Notes: a model not told the origin generated them from the letters alone. Positions 17,215 through 26,903 are shown, numbered from the stretch's first letter. The stretch is DNA of 33,335 bases from Candidatus Micrarchaeota archaeon (GCA_018304385.1 JAGVWJ010000001.1:4750-38084), one strand, 5' to 3'. A program made the numbers and translations.

Positions 17215-18494
17215 ATGCAAGTTTATACTGTGTAATCGGAGATCCAATAAGTCATTCGCTTTCTCCAGCTATGCATAATGCAGCATTTGCTAAGCTCGGT
17301 ATTAATGCAATTTACTTAGCAGTGCGAGTGCGAAAAGAAGAGCTTGGGCAAGCAATTGCACATTTGAAGATACTTAATGTTAAAGGAATTAATGTAACAA
17401 TTCCGCATAAGGTTGAAATAATTAAATACCTTGATAAATTAGATGAAACTGCAAAGGCAATTGGCGCAGTTAATACCATTGTAAATAAAAATGGAAAATT
17501 AATCGGATATAATACAGATGCAGCAGGCGCGTTAATCGCGATAAAAAAGAAAGTTAAAAATTTAAAAGGAAAAACCGCTGTTATATTAGGTGCAGGTGGC
17601 GCAGCAAGGGCAGTTTCTTTTGCACTAAATAAAGAAGGTGCAATAGTAAGAATGCTGAGTAGGCAGGAAATTGCAGAAGAACTTCCATCGCTAATACATG
17701 AAGCAAATATTCTATGTAATTGTACACCCGCAGGTATGCATGAGGGGGATAGTTTAATTCCAAAACATCTATTACGGAAAGGATTAGTTGTTTTTGATGC
17801 AGTATATAAAAAAGGTTCAACGAAACTAATCCGGGATGCAGAAGCTGCAGGTTGCGTAACAATTTCAGGAGAAGAAATGCTTGTAAACCAAGGTGCAATT
17901 GCATTTGAATTATGGGTAGGAAAAAAACCAAACGTTGGCATCATGCTTGAGGCTGTAAGCAAGAGCTTACGTTCAAAGTATTCAAAATCCAATATCTACC
18001 TCATTGGTTTTATGGGCAGTGGAAAAACAAGTGTTGGCAAGGCATTAGCTAAGAAATTGAAAATGAAATACATAGATGTAGATGAACAAATCGAGAGAAG
18101 AGCAAGAAAAACAATTGCAAGGATATTTGAAGAGGGCAGTGAGCACAAATTCCGTAAAATGGAAAAAAACGCTATCGTACTTGCAAGCAAAATAAAAAAT
18201 TCAGTTATTGCGGTTGGTGGCGGAGCAGTTTTAGATTACATTAATAGTTACAGGATGCAGCAAACAGGCAAAGTTATTTTACTAAGAGCAAGTCCTCAAA
18301 CAATTGTAAAAAGGTTGGAAGGTGAAAGTACGCGTCCGCTATTACTTGGTTTAAATAAAAAACAAAGATTAGAAAGAACAAAAAAGTTGCTTAAATTGCG
18401 CGAGCCGTTTTATGCTTTAGCGAAACAGTTCGAAGTTAGTACGAACGAGAAGAGAGTGGAGGAAATTGCAGATGAGATTAGGTGTTTACTATGA
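17211..18494 (+). CDS. aroE: Shikimate dehydrogenase - shikimate kinase fusion (AroE-AroK)
   Basis: N-part: HSLSP, NVTIPHK, GAVNT, GYNTD, LGAGGAARA. C-part from about 17990: IGFMGSGKT, EHKFR, GGGAV, RPLL. Confidence 0.92.
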   Translation: MNASLYCVIGDPISHSLSPAMHNAAFAKLGINAIYLAVRVRKEELGQAIAHLKILNVKGINVTIPHKVEIIKYLDKLDETAKAIGAVNTIVNKNGKLIGYNTDAAGALIAIKKKVKNLKGKTAVILGAGGAARAVSFALNKEGAIVRMLSRQEIAEELPSLIHEANILCNCTPAGMHEGDSLIPKHLLRKGLVVFDAVYKKGSTKLIRDAEAAGCVTISGEEMLVNQGAIAFELWVGKKPNVGIMLEAVSKSLRSKYSKSNIYLIGFMGSGKTSVGKALAKKLKMKYIDVDEQIERRARKTIARIFEEGSEHKFRKMEKNAIVLASKIKNSVIAVGGGAVLDYINSYRMQQTGKVILLRASPQTIVKRLEGESTRPLLLGLNKKQRLERTKKLLKLREPFYALAKQFEVSTNEKRVEEIADEIRCLL

Positions 18495-20857
18495 TAAAAT
18501 TTATCGTTAAAAACTCAAATATTGCAGGAACTATAGATGCAACGCCATCAAAAAGTTATACGCATCGTGCTATAATATGCGCAGCACTAGCTAGCGGAGT
18601 AAGTACAATAATTAATCCATTGATTTCAGATGATACAGAAGCAACCCTTACTGCTTGCGAAGCACTAGGTGCAGAGATTTTGGATAAGAACGAAGAACGC
18701 ATTGTAATAAAAGGTACCGGAGGCAAGTTAAAAGCAAAAAACACAACAATTAATTGTAATGAATCAGGCTCAACATTGCGCTTTTTAATTCCTTTAGCCG
18801 CTCTTGCAGATAAAGAAATTATTTTTACTGGAAAGACTGGACTTGCAACTAGGCCAATAGATGATTTACTAAATGCGCTTGCGCAGCTAGGAGTAAAAAG
18901 CACGTACGCTAGCGAAGATAAAAAACTACCAATGAAAATTTGCGGTACCGGCAGTTTAACTGGAGGAAAAATAGCCATTCGCGGAAATGTAAGCTCGCAA
19001 TTTATCTCTGGACTGCTGTTTGCATTGCCGCTTGCAATTAATGACAGCGAAATAGTAATAACAACTGAAGTTGAATCTAAAGATTACATTGAAATTACGT
19101 TAGATGTACTTAAAAAATTTGGAATAAAAGTCGAGCATTCTAGAGATTTAATTGAATTCAAAATAAAAGGCAAGCAACAATACAAATCATGCGAATATAC
19201 TGTTGAAGGAGATTATTCATCTGCAGCATTTATGCTTGTTGCAGGAGCAATTGCTGGCAATGGAGTTACTATTAATAATTTAAATAAAAATTCAAAGCAA
19301 GGAGATAAAAGAATAGTTGATTTATTGAAAGAAATGGGTGCGAAAATAAACGTAGAAGAAAATTCTGTTTCAGTTGAGCGGAGCGAGCTACGTGCTGTGC
19401 CAATAGATGCAAAAGATATTCCAGATCTCATTCCAATTCTTGCAATAGCAGCAACACAAGCTAATTTTACAACAGTAATAAAAAATGTTGGCAGGCTGCG
19501 GCTAAAGGAAAGTGATCGCTTGCAAGGTGTATTAAATATTATTACTTCGCTTCGTGGAACTGCAAAAATAGAAAACAATTCAATAGCAATTAGGGGAATC
19601 GCATCGCTAAAAGGCGCAGAAGTAGAAACACTTAATGATCATCGGTTAGTTATGGCTGCATCTGTTGCTGGTTTAGTTGCTGACGGAGAAACAATTATTC
19701 GTGATCCAACAGCAATTAAAAAATCCTATCCAAATTTTTATGATAATTTGCGGAAATTAGGTGCAGATACTATGGCAAGGTCTAATACTTTCGGTAATGC
19801 GCTTAAAATAACATTAATTGGAGAAAGCCATGGCAAGCGCATAGGAGTAATTATTGAAGGAGTGCTGAAGGACATAGAAATCTCACAGGAATTTATACAA
19901 AGCGAGGTTGATAAAAGAAGAAGTACGAGCGCTCTGACTACGCCAAGAAAGGAGAGCGACACAGTTAATATTGTTAGTGGAATAAAAGATGGAAAAACAA
20001 CAAGCGAAACGATTAGGATAGAGATAGAAAACAAAGACGTGAAATCGGAAACTTATGAGAAAACGAGAAATCTAATTCGTCCAGGCCATGCAGATTATAC
20101 AGCGCGTGAAAAATATGCTAGTGTATTTGATTACAGAGGTGGAGGATTCTTATCTGGTAGGATGACTGCTTGTTATGTAGCAGCAGGCGCTATTGCAAAA
20201 AAAATACTTGAGCGATTGGAGATCAAAGTACTTGCGCATACTGTGCAAGTTGGCAATGTAAAAGTAAAGCGCACTCTAAGTGATGAAGAGCTAGAACAAA
20301 ATCATTTATCAAATCTAGTGAGATGCGCTGATTTGGAAAAAGCAAAAGAGATGGAAATAGCAATTGAAAAAGCAAAAAGCAAAAACGATTCGCTTGGCGG
20401 AATAATTGAATGCCGCGTGCTCAACATGCCCGTAGGTGTAGGCGAACCAGTATTCTACTCACTAGAAAGCGAGCTTGCACAGGCAATGTTCTCAATTCCT
20501 GCAGTTAAAGGTGTAGAGTTTGGCGCTGGCTTTAAGGCAGCAGGAATGCGGGGAAGCGAACACAATGATCCAATAAAAATCGAAAATGGAAAACTTGTAA
20601 CGCTTACAAATAATGCTGGTGGAATCCAAGGTGGTTTAAGTAATGGTATGCCAATTGCTTTTCGCATTGCAATAAAACCAACATCAAGCATTGCAAAGGA
20701 GCAACAAACAGTTGACATAAAGAAAATGGAGGATGCAAAGATTGCAGTGTTTGGTAGGCATGATCCTTGCATTGCTATACGCGCACCACCGATTGTTGAG
20801 GCAATGGCAGCGCTAAGCATTGCGGATTTACTATTAGCTGGAAGATTTGTTAAATAA
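18491..20857 (+). CDS. aroA: EPSP synthase - chorismate synthase fusion (AroA-AroC)
   Basis: AroA: PSKSYTHR, ESGSTLR, SSQFISG, RLKESDR, DHRL, KSYP. AroC from ATG 19772: NTFG, GESHG, RPGHADY, NNAGGIQGG, RHDPC. Confidence 0.92.
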   Translation: MIKFIVKNSNIAGTIDATPSKSYTHRAIICAALASGVSTIINPLISDDTEATLTACEALGAEILDKNEERIVIKGTGGKLKAKNTTINCNESGSTLRFLIPLAALADKEIIFTGKTGLATRPIDDLLNALAQLGVKSTYASEDKKLPMKICGTGSLTGGKIAIRGNVSSQFISGLLFALPLAINDSEIVITTEVESKDYIEITLDVLKKFGIKVEHSRDLIEFKIKGKQQYKSCEYTVEGDYSSAAFMLVAGAIAGNGVTINNLNKNSKQGDKRIVDLLKEMGAKINVEENSVSVERSELRAVPIDAKDIPDLIPILAIAATQANFTTVIKNVGRLRLKESDRLQGVLNIITSLRGTAKIENNSIAIRGIASLKGAEVETLNDHRLVMAASVAGLVADGETIIRDPTAIKKSYPNFYDNLRKLGADTMARSNTFGNALKITLIGESHGKRIGVIIEGVLKDIEISQEFIQSEVDKRRSTSALTTPRKESDTVNIVSGIKDGKTTSETIRIEIENKDVKSETYEKTRNLIRPGHADYTAREKYASVFDYRGGGFLSGRMTACYVAAGAIAKKILERLEIKVLAHTVQVGNVKVKRTLSDEELEQNHLSNLVRCADLEKAKEMEIAIEKAKSKNDSLGGIIECRVLNMPVGVGEPVFYSLESELAQAMFSIPAVKGVEFGAGFKAAGMRGSEHNDPIKIENGKLVTLTNNAGGIQGGLSNGMPIAFRIAIKPTSSIAKEQQTVDIKKMEDAKIAVFGRHDPCIAIRAPPIVEAMAALSIADLLLAGRFVK

Positions 20858-20867
20858 AGGTGATAAA

Positions 20868-21926
20868 ATGGACTTAAACGAAATAAGAAAAGATATAGAT
20901 GTAATTGATTCAGAGATTATAAAGCTTTTAAATAAGCGATTCGAGCTTGCGCTAAGAACAAAAAAATTCAAATCCCAAATTCCGGATCCAATGCGCGAGC
21001 AGGTAGTGCTTGATTCAGTTAGAAGGCATTCTAGAAATTTAGTAAAGCAAGAATTTTCTGAAAAATTATATAAGGAAATAATGAATGAGGCAAAGAAATT
21101 ACAAGAGCAAAATATTAGACTAGTTGGATTCCAAGGAGAGCATGGTGCTTATGGTGAAATTGCAATTAGAGCATATGATAAGAATGCAGTTCCAGTGCCA
21201 TCTTTAGAATTTGTTGATGTTTTCGATGGTGTGAAGAGCGGACAGCTTGATCTTGGTATTGTACCAGTAGAGAATTCATTAGAAGGTGCAGTTACTGCTG
21301 TTAATGATCTGTTGGTTGAAACAGATCTTAATATTGTTGGCGAAATAAATGTGCCGGTTCATCACTGTCTATTAGCTTTGCCTGATACAGATTATAGAGA
21401 GATAAAGGTTGTTTATTCACACCCGCAAGCGCTAGCGCAATGCCGTGGCTTTATTGTAAGAAACAAGCTTGAGGCGCGGCCATATTATGATACAGCAGGT
21501 GCAGCGGCAATGCTTGCAAATGAACAACCAAAGGCAGCTGCAGCAATAGCAAGCAAGCTATGTGCAGAGCTTTATGAGCTAGAAGTATTAAAAGAGAATA
21601 TAGAAGACCACGAATCAAATAATACTAGGTTCCTAGTGCTGTCAAGAGAAAAGAGTGGCGAAAAAGGGAATAAGTGCTCTATCATCTTTTCAACACAGCA
21701 TAAGTCAGGCGCACTTTTCTCTGTTTTGAAAATATTTGCTGATGCAGGTATTAATTTAACCAGAATAGAATCACGACCAATAAGAAAAGAACCAAAGAAG
21801 TTCGCGTTCTTGTTGGATTTCCAAGGTACAGATACAGATAAGAAGATTGCAGACATGATAGAAAAGGTCAAGCAGGAAACTGTTATGTTTAAGTTTTTAG
21901 GATGTTACAAAGAGGCGTTAGTATGA
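20868..21926 (+). CDS. pheA: Chorismate mutase - prephenate dehydratase (P-protein)
   Basis: IRKDIDVID CM domain, PVENSLEG, SHPQALAQC, NNTRF, NLTRIESRP; SD AGGTGA before ATG 20868. Confidence 0.95.
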   Translation: MDLNEIRKDIDVIDSEIIKLLNKRFELALRTKKFKSQIPDPMREQVVLDSVRRHSRNLVKQEFSEKLYKEIMNEAKKLQEQNIRLVGFQGEHGAYGEIAIRAYDKNAVPVPSLEFVDVFDGVKSGQLDLGIVPVENSLEGAVTAVNDLLVETDLNIVGEINVPVHHCLLALPDTDYREIKVVYSHPQALAQCRGFIVRNKLEARPYYDTAGAAAMLANEQPKAAAAIASKLCAELYELEVLKENIEDHESNNTRFLVLSREKSGEKGNKCSIIFSTQHKSGALFSVLKIFADAGINLTRIESRPIRKEPKKFAFLLDFQGTDTDKKIADMIEKVKQETVMFKFLGCYKEALV

Positions 21927-22693
21927 GGATTTTAATATTAGGCTGCGGAAAAATGGGTTCTTGGTTTGCAAAGCAGTTGTCTAGTGATAATGAGGTTGCA
22001 GTGTACGATATTGATAAGAATAAAGCAAAGGCCATTGGTTCTGTCAAGGTTCTTTTCGATTTGCCTGAGCTTTCTTTATTTGGCCCAGAGCTAGTAATCA
22101 ACGCAGTTAGCTTGCAAAATACTGTAAAAGCATTTGAAGGCGTAGTTAGTAATCTGTCAAATTGTATAATCTCAGATATTGCTTCTATAAAGAGCGAGCT
22201 TCCAGATTTTTATAAAAGGCATGGATTTAGGTTTGTTTCCATGCATCCAATGTTTGGCCCAACATTTGCAAATATGGAGTCGCTTAAAGAAGAAAGCGTC
22301 ATAATAATTAAAGAAAGTGATGAACAAGGCAAGCAATTCTTTAAGAAATTTTATAGCTCGCTAGGATTGCGAGTATTTGAATACTCGTTTAAAGAGCATG
22401 ATGATATGATGGCATACTCGCTTACTACGCCATTTGCCGCATCTTTGGTTTTTGCAGCATGTGTTGATAAAACTGCTGTACCTGGAACAAACTTTGCAAG
22501 GCAGATGAAAAATGCAAAAGGCGTGCTCTCAGAAGATGATCATTTGTTAGCTGAGATTTTATTTAATCCTAAATCTCTTCCGCAACTAGAAAAGATAACT
22601 GCTAAGCTAGAATTTTTAAAACATATAATAAAGGCAAAGGATTATGAAGAAGCGAAAAGGTTTTTTAATAAGCTTAGAAAGAATATAGAATAA
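21923..22693 (+). CDS. tyrA: Prephenate dehydrogenase
   Basis: GCGKMG, DIASIK, HPMFGP, EHDDMMA; ATGA overlap with the pheA stop. Confidence 0.9.
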   Translation: MRILILGCGKMGSWFAKQLSSDNEVAVYDIDKNKAKAIGSVKVLFDLPELSLFGPELVINAVSLQNTVKAFEGVVSNLSNCIISDIASIKSELPDFYKRHGFRFVSMHPMFGPTFANMESLKEESVIIIKESDEQGKQFFKKFYSSLGLRVFEYSFKEHDDMMAYSLTTPFAASLVFAACVDKTAVPGTNFARQMKNAKGVLSEDDHLLAEILFNPKSLPQLEKITAKLEFLKHIIKAKDYEEAKRFFNKLRKNIE

Positions 22694-22705
22694 TTGGATG
22701 AGTTT

Positions 22706-23767
22706 ATGCTCTACGAAACATTCGAAAAGATATATGCGTTAGAAAAGCAAGGGAAAGAAATAACTAAATTAAATGTTGGCGAGCCAGATTGGAGACCACC
22801 TGCTAATGTTATTCAAGTCGTGTGCGATGCACTTAGAAAAGGAAAGGATAAATATTCAAGCAGTGCTGGCGTCTATGAATTGCGGGAAAAACTTGCAGAA
22901 TTGCACGGATGCAATGCAAAAAACATAGTAATCACCACTGGGTCCAAATGGGGCATTTATGCATTGCTGAGTTTACATATGCGTGCAGGAGATAATACAA
23001 TCGTGCTTTCGCCGCATTGGACTGCCTATGATTTGATTTGCAAACAGCTTGGCGGACAAACAAAAATAGTAGACCTAAAAATGGAAAATAAATTCGCAAT
23101 CGACTTTAACAAGCTCGAAAGCGCAATTGATTCTAATACTAAATTTATTATTTTAAACAGTCCATGCAATCCTACAAGCAAGGCATGGAGTGAGGGCGAA
23201 GAACAGGAAGTTATCAGTATTGCAAGAAAGAAAGGAATTATAGTGCTTGTTGATGACGCATATCGTGATCTTTGTTTTGATGCTAGGAAGGAAAGAAAAT
23301 TTGAAGACAACTTATTTATTGTTAATACCTTTTCAAAAACATTTGGTATGACTGGATGGCGTGTTGGTTATGTTGTTGTTCCAGAGGATATTGCAAAGAG
23401 GCTTACTTCTCTTAATAATATTACAACAACCAATGTTCCAGTGTTCTTGCAACTCGCTGCTATTAAGGCATTAGAACAAAAAACAAAGGTCGCAGCAAAG
23501 GCGCGCGTTGTTTGCAAGAAGCGAGCTGAGCTAGCATCAAACATACTAAACAAAAAACTAACCTTTTCTAAACCTGATGCAGGGTTTTATATATTTCCAA
23601 AGCTGCCAGTTGAAACAATAAATTTTGTAAATAAGCTTTTAGATAGTGGGGTTGCAGTTGTACCTGGCGCTGCATTCGGAAATTATAATCAGCATATAAG
23701 GATTTCTCTTTCTGTTGATGAGAAAAAGCTAAGGCTAGCGCTGGAGAAAATTGCAGAGTTATTATAA
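22706..23767 (+). CDS. Class I/II PLP aminotransferase, likely aromatic/aspartate
   Basis: LNVGEPD, NSPCNPT, DDAY, FSKTFGMTGWRVGY; last gene of the aro operon. TTG 22694 is an alternative start. Confidence 0.88.
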   Translation: MLYETFEKIYALEKQGKEITKLNVGEPDWRPPANVIQVVCDALRKGKDKYSSSAGVYELREKLAELHGCNAKNIVITTGSKWGIYALLSLHMRAGDNTIVLSPHWTAYDLICKQLGGQTKIVDLKMENKFAIDFNKLESAIDSNTKFIILNSPCNPTSKAWSEGEEQEVISIARKKGIIVLVDDAYRDLCFDARKERKFEDNLFIVNTFSKTFGMTGWRVGYVVVPEDIAKRLTSLNNITTTNVPVFLQLAAIKALEQKTKVAAKARVVCKKRAELASNILNKKLTFSKPDAGFYIFPKLPVETINFVNKLLDSGVAVVPGAAFGNYNQHIRISLSVDEKKLRLALEKIAELL

Positions 23768-23786
23768 TACTAATTTTAGAATGATT

Positions 23787-23814
23787 TTAACTCAGGCTTC
23801 TTTAGACTAACTAG
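23787..23814 (-). promoter_or_regulatory. 3' arm of the pre-16S processing stem (BHB-like)
   Basis: Sense CUAGUUA-GUCU-AAA-GAAGCCUGAGUUAA pairs with the 5' arm at 25721-25751. Confidence 0.8.
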
Positions 23815-24302
23815 AGAATGTGTTTCCACTGCTTGCAATACATACCAATTTCGTATTTTTATCCATTTTATATAAATAAAACGGAGGTGATCTATCCGCA
23901 GGTTCCCCTACGGATACCTTGTTACGACTTAGCCCCCCTCACGTCTAATCGGTTCGAACTAGGCAAGAACCTAGGTCTCACCGAATAAACATTTGGGTGA
24001 CTTGACGGGCGGTGTGTGCAAGGAGCGGGGACAAATTCACCGCGGGATGATGACCCGCGATTACTAGGGATTCCATCTTCATGAGGGTGAGTTTCAACCC
24101 TCAATCCGAACCACGGATGGATTTAGGGGATTAGCTCCTCCTTTCGGAGTTGCAGCCCATTGTTCCACCCACTGTATGCCGCGTGTAGCCCAGCGGTTTC
24201 GGACCATACTGACCTACCGTTGCCCACTCCTTCCTCCCATTTAGCACGGGCAGTCCTCTTAGAGTGCACCTTATCCGGAGATAAAGTTAGCAACTAAGAG
24301 CA

Positions 24303-24334
<32 letters not shown>

Positions 24335-24336
24335 AA

Positions 24337-24371
24337 TTTGTGCCATGAATTCACAATCAACATGAATCATG
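24337..24371 (-). other. 16S intron, 35 nt, about E. coli 1081/1082
   Basis: Central helix UGUG/CACA, cuts AA|C and AA|U, internal stem CAUGA..UUCA/UGAA..UCAUG. Boundary +/-1 nt. Confidence 0.75.
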
Positions 24372-24498
24372 TTCACACCACGAGCTGACGATGGCCATGC
24401 AATACCTCTCGGCTCGTTAGGCAAGATCTTTAGTCTGACCTTCATTCTGCCGTCGCCGCTGGTGATGTTCCCGGCGTTGTATCCAATTAAACCGTAGC

Positions 24499-24532
24499 TT
24501 TCGGTATAGTTAGCACTAATGCTAATCTATAT
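24499..24532 (-). other. 16S intron, 34 nt, about E. coli 947/948
   Basis: Central GUGG/CCGA (3 of 4), stem UAUAG-UUAGCA/UGCUAA-CUAUA. Removal restores h30 AUGCU, matching the partner strand GGCAU. Confidence 0.78.
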
Positions 24533-24533
24533 A

Positions 24534-24576
<43 letters not shown>

Positions 24577-24614
24577 ATCTTGCGATCGTACTCCCCAGGT
24601 GGTCGACTTAACAG

Positions 24615-24659
24615 CTAAGCCAAGATGTAAGCACGTACCTAAAAACCCTTACATCTTGT
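24615..24659 (-). other. 16S intron, 45 nt, about E. coli 866/867
   Basis: Canonical BHB: central GGGU/GCUU, bulges AG|A and AG|C, 11-bp stem CAAGAUGUAAG/CUUACAUCUUG. Confidence 0.85.
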
Positions 24660-24722
24660 CTACCCTACAGCACTATACCAGATTACTCTGGTATAACACC
24701 ACAGTCGACATAATTTACAGCG

Positions 24723-24758
<36 letters not shown>

Positions 24759-24800
24759 CGCTTTAGTTCCTCACCGTCAGATGCGTTTTGGACAGACGCC

Positions 24801-24856
24801 TTAGCTTGCACTCCATCTCATTATATTAAAATTTAAATTTGTGACATGTCGTGCAA
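24801..24856 (-). other. 16S intron, 56 nt, about E. coli 727-730
   Basis: Stem UUGCAC/GUGCAA, central GGCG/AGCU (3 of 4). Boundary ambiguous by 2 nt. Confidence 0.72.
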
Positions 24857-25077
24857 TACGCCACTGGTAGTCCTTCCAGGCTCAACGGATTTTACCCCTA
24901 CCCTGGAAGTACTCCTGTCCTCCCCCGCTCTCAAGTTTAACAGTATCCACTGCACGCGTTAGAGTTGAGCTCCAACATTTCACAGTGGACTTAATAGACC
25001 GGCTACGAACGCTTTAGACCCAATATTCGTGGGTACCACTCGAGGCGCTGGTTTTACCGCGGCGGCTGCCACCAGTC

Positions 25078-25127
25078 TTAGGCCAATTCCTAAAGACTGT
25101 CATGTATAAGCAAATCTTCAGATTTGT
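25078..25127 (-). other. 16S intron, 50 nt, about E. coli 509/510
   Basis: Canonical BHB: central GGGC/GCCU, bulges AA|A and AA|G, flanking helices on both sides. Confidence 0.85.
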
Positions 25128-25154
25128 TTGCCCACACCCTTATTCTCCGACCTT

Positions 25155-25201
25155 TATAAATTTTTTGGTGAAGCTTTTTAGGCAACCCGAAAAAGTTTTA
25201 T
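25155..25201 (-). other. About 46-nt AT-rich insertion at the apex of 16S helix 17
   Basis: Interrupts CCGACUG-UAAAAA-GGUCGG; internal hairpin CUUUUU..AAAAAG; no convincing BHB. Confidence 0.6.
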
Positions 25202-25720
25202 TTACAGTCGGCAAAAGGTATAAGCTAAGCTTACACCACTCAGAGTCCCCCTATCACGCTTGCGCGCATTGTAAAGGTTTCGCGCCTGCTGCATCCCGTA
25301 GGACTAGGGTCCTTGTCTCAGTACCCTTCTGGGGGCCACCACTCCCATGGCCCCTAAGGATTATCGCCTAGGTGAGCCGTTACCTCACCTACTAGCTAAT
25401 CCTCCGCAGTCCCATCCTAAGGCGGACAAGTTCCAATTCACTTGCCTTTTAAACCATCAAGCATTGCAGCATAGATGATTTATCGCGGGTTAGCCTCAGT
25501 TTCCCGAGGTTATCCACGTCCTTAGGCTAGGTTGACTACGTGTTACTCAGCCGTATGCCACTCTTACAAGTGCAAGAGTAGACTTGCATGGCTTAATCGA
25601 ACTCTGATAGCAGTACCCTCCAGCAGGATCAACTGGAGTTAAAAACTCTAGTTGTTCACTGCGAGTATACGAATTTTGGAAGTATCTTAATTGAAATTAG
25701 CGTTGGAATCACTACAATTT

Positions 25721-25751
25721 CTAGTTATTTGTCTCTTGAAGCCTGAGTCAA
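25721..25751 (-). promoter_or_regulatory. 5' arm of the pre-16S processing stem
   Basis: Sense UUGACUCAGGCUUC-AAG-AGAC-AAA-UAACUAG, complementary to 23787-23814. Confidence 0.8.
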
Positions 25752-25840
25752 ATCTACTAGTAGTAGATTTCTAGTTAAGCAATACTAATGCTAACAAAAA
25801 TTATACCGAAAAATCGGTGATATATTTACTATATTAACTC

Positions 25841-25878
25841 TTTATAAAGGTTACTAGCTAAAAGTTATTATATATAAA
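25841..25878. promoter_or_regulatory. Divergent TATA boxes for 16S and the downstream ORF
   Basis: TTTATAAA 25841-25848 and a TATATAAA-like run ending about 25878, about 14-20 nt before ATG 25892. Confidence 0.45.
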
Positions 25879-25891
25879 TTTTAGTGGTTAT

Positions 25892-26815
25892 ATGACATTA
25901 AGAGCACCGATGCATAGAATAAATATTCCAAGGACTCATCGTCATTCCAGACAGGTTATTGATGAAACAATAATAGCTATCGCAGCAGAGCACGCAACTC
26001 GCGAGCATTTAGATCGATTAAATGATATCTCTAGAGAAATTAATGCTAAATCAACAGTGCAGCGTATAGCATCAACTGGTTTTAAATTACAGAGAGAATG
26101 TTACCATCTGCTTCACTGTTTAATTGCACACTACATTAGTCAATTTTTAATGGAAAGACAACCAGAGCTCGCACACAAGGCGTATTTATTTGCTAATCTT
26201 ATCCTATTTTCAGCAGTAGATTCAAGGAGAGCGAAAATTTTAGAATTGGATTATCTAATTGGTTTAAAAGGTTGTAAATTGTTAGGTAGAAAACCAGATA
26301 TTGAAAGTACAGTAAGCGAATTAATTAATACGCCATCAATTTTTGATTCATATGATGAGCGTTTCAGTCTCGAACAAGGAACATTTAGAAGAATATTAGA
26401 TATTGCAGTTGAATTAGTTAATCAAATACCTGATAAATTCTATAAAGCTAGCGTTCGCAATAATGAGCGGCATTACCAAACCATGGGGCATAGAAATAAT
26501 TTTGGGGTAAAACTAAAACTTACGAAAGACAAGATATTTAGAGATATAGATGGTGAGAGAACACCACTAGATGAAAGTACGATAGACCATGTACAATCTT
26601 CTATTAATTATAAGTTAGATTCTAGCGACTTATTTAGTTTGCGTGAAGCACGAGAAGCCTTTGAAAAGATTCTTCAATCACTAGGCTATAACGTTTTAAC
26701 AAAGCAAGAGGCATACGAATTATTACAAACAATGTCCCTTCCTATTAAACTAGCTGATCTCTTGCATCCTGCTACTTTTTCTGATTATGCTCCAACTCAG
26801 GTTCCAGAAGCTTAG
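25892..26815 (+). CDS. Hypothetical protein, 307 aa
   Basis: Long ORF; no family recognised. Confidence 0.75.
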   Translation: MTLRAPMHRINIPRTHRHSRQVIDETIIAIAAEHATREHLDRLNDISREINAKSTVQRIASTGFKLQRECYHLLHCLIAHYISQFLMERQPELAHKAYLFANLILFSAVDSRRAKILELDYLIGLKGCKLLGRKPDIESTVSELINTPSIFDSYDERFSLEQGTFRRILDIAVELVNQIPDKFYKASVRNNERHYQTMGHRNNFGVKLKLTKDKIFRDIDGERTPLDESTIDHVQSSINYKLDSSDLFSLREAREAFEKILQSLGYNVLTKQEAYELLQTMSLPIKLADLLHPATFSDYAPTQVPEA

Positions 26816-26873
26816 ATTTTTAAATTCTCTCCTATAGTATAATTAAACTTCTTATAAACTTAGTTTTATATGA

Positions 26874-26897
26874 ACCAATGACGATGAAAATCGAGGT
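26874..26897 (+). promoter_or_regulatory. Candidate kink-turn in the rpl7ae 5' UTR overlapping the SD
   Basis: ACC-AAU-GA-(C)GAU-GAAA-AUC-GA-GGU; SD GAGGTGA lies inside; one bulged C is required. Confidence 0.5.
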
Positions 26898-26903
26898 GAA
26901 GTT

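Noticed and set aside
25063-25077. 16S GTGGCAGC in place of GTGCCAGC
   Set aside because: This variant occurs in other archaea; relevant only as a primer mismatch.
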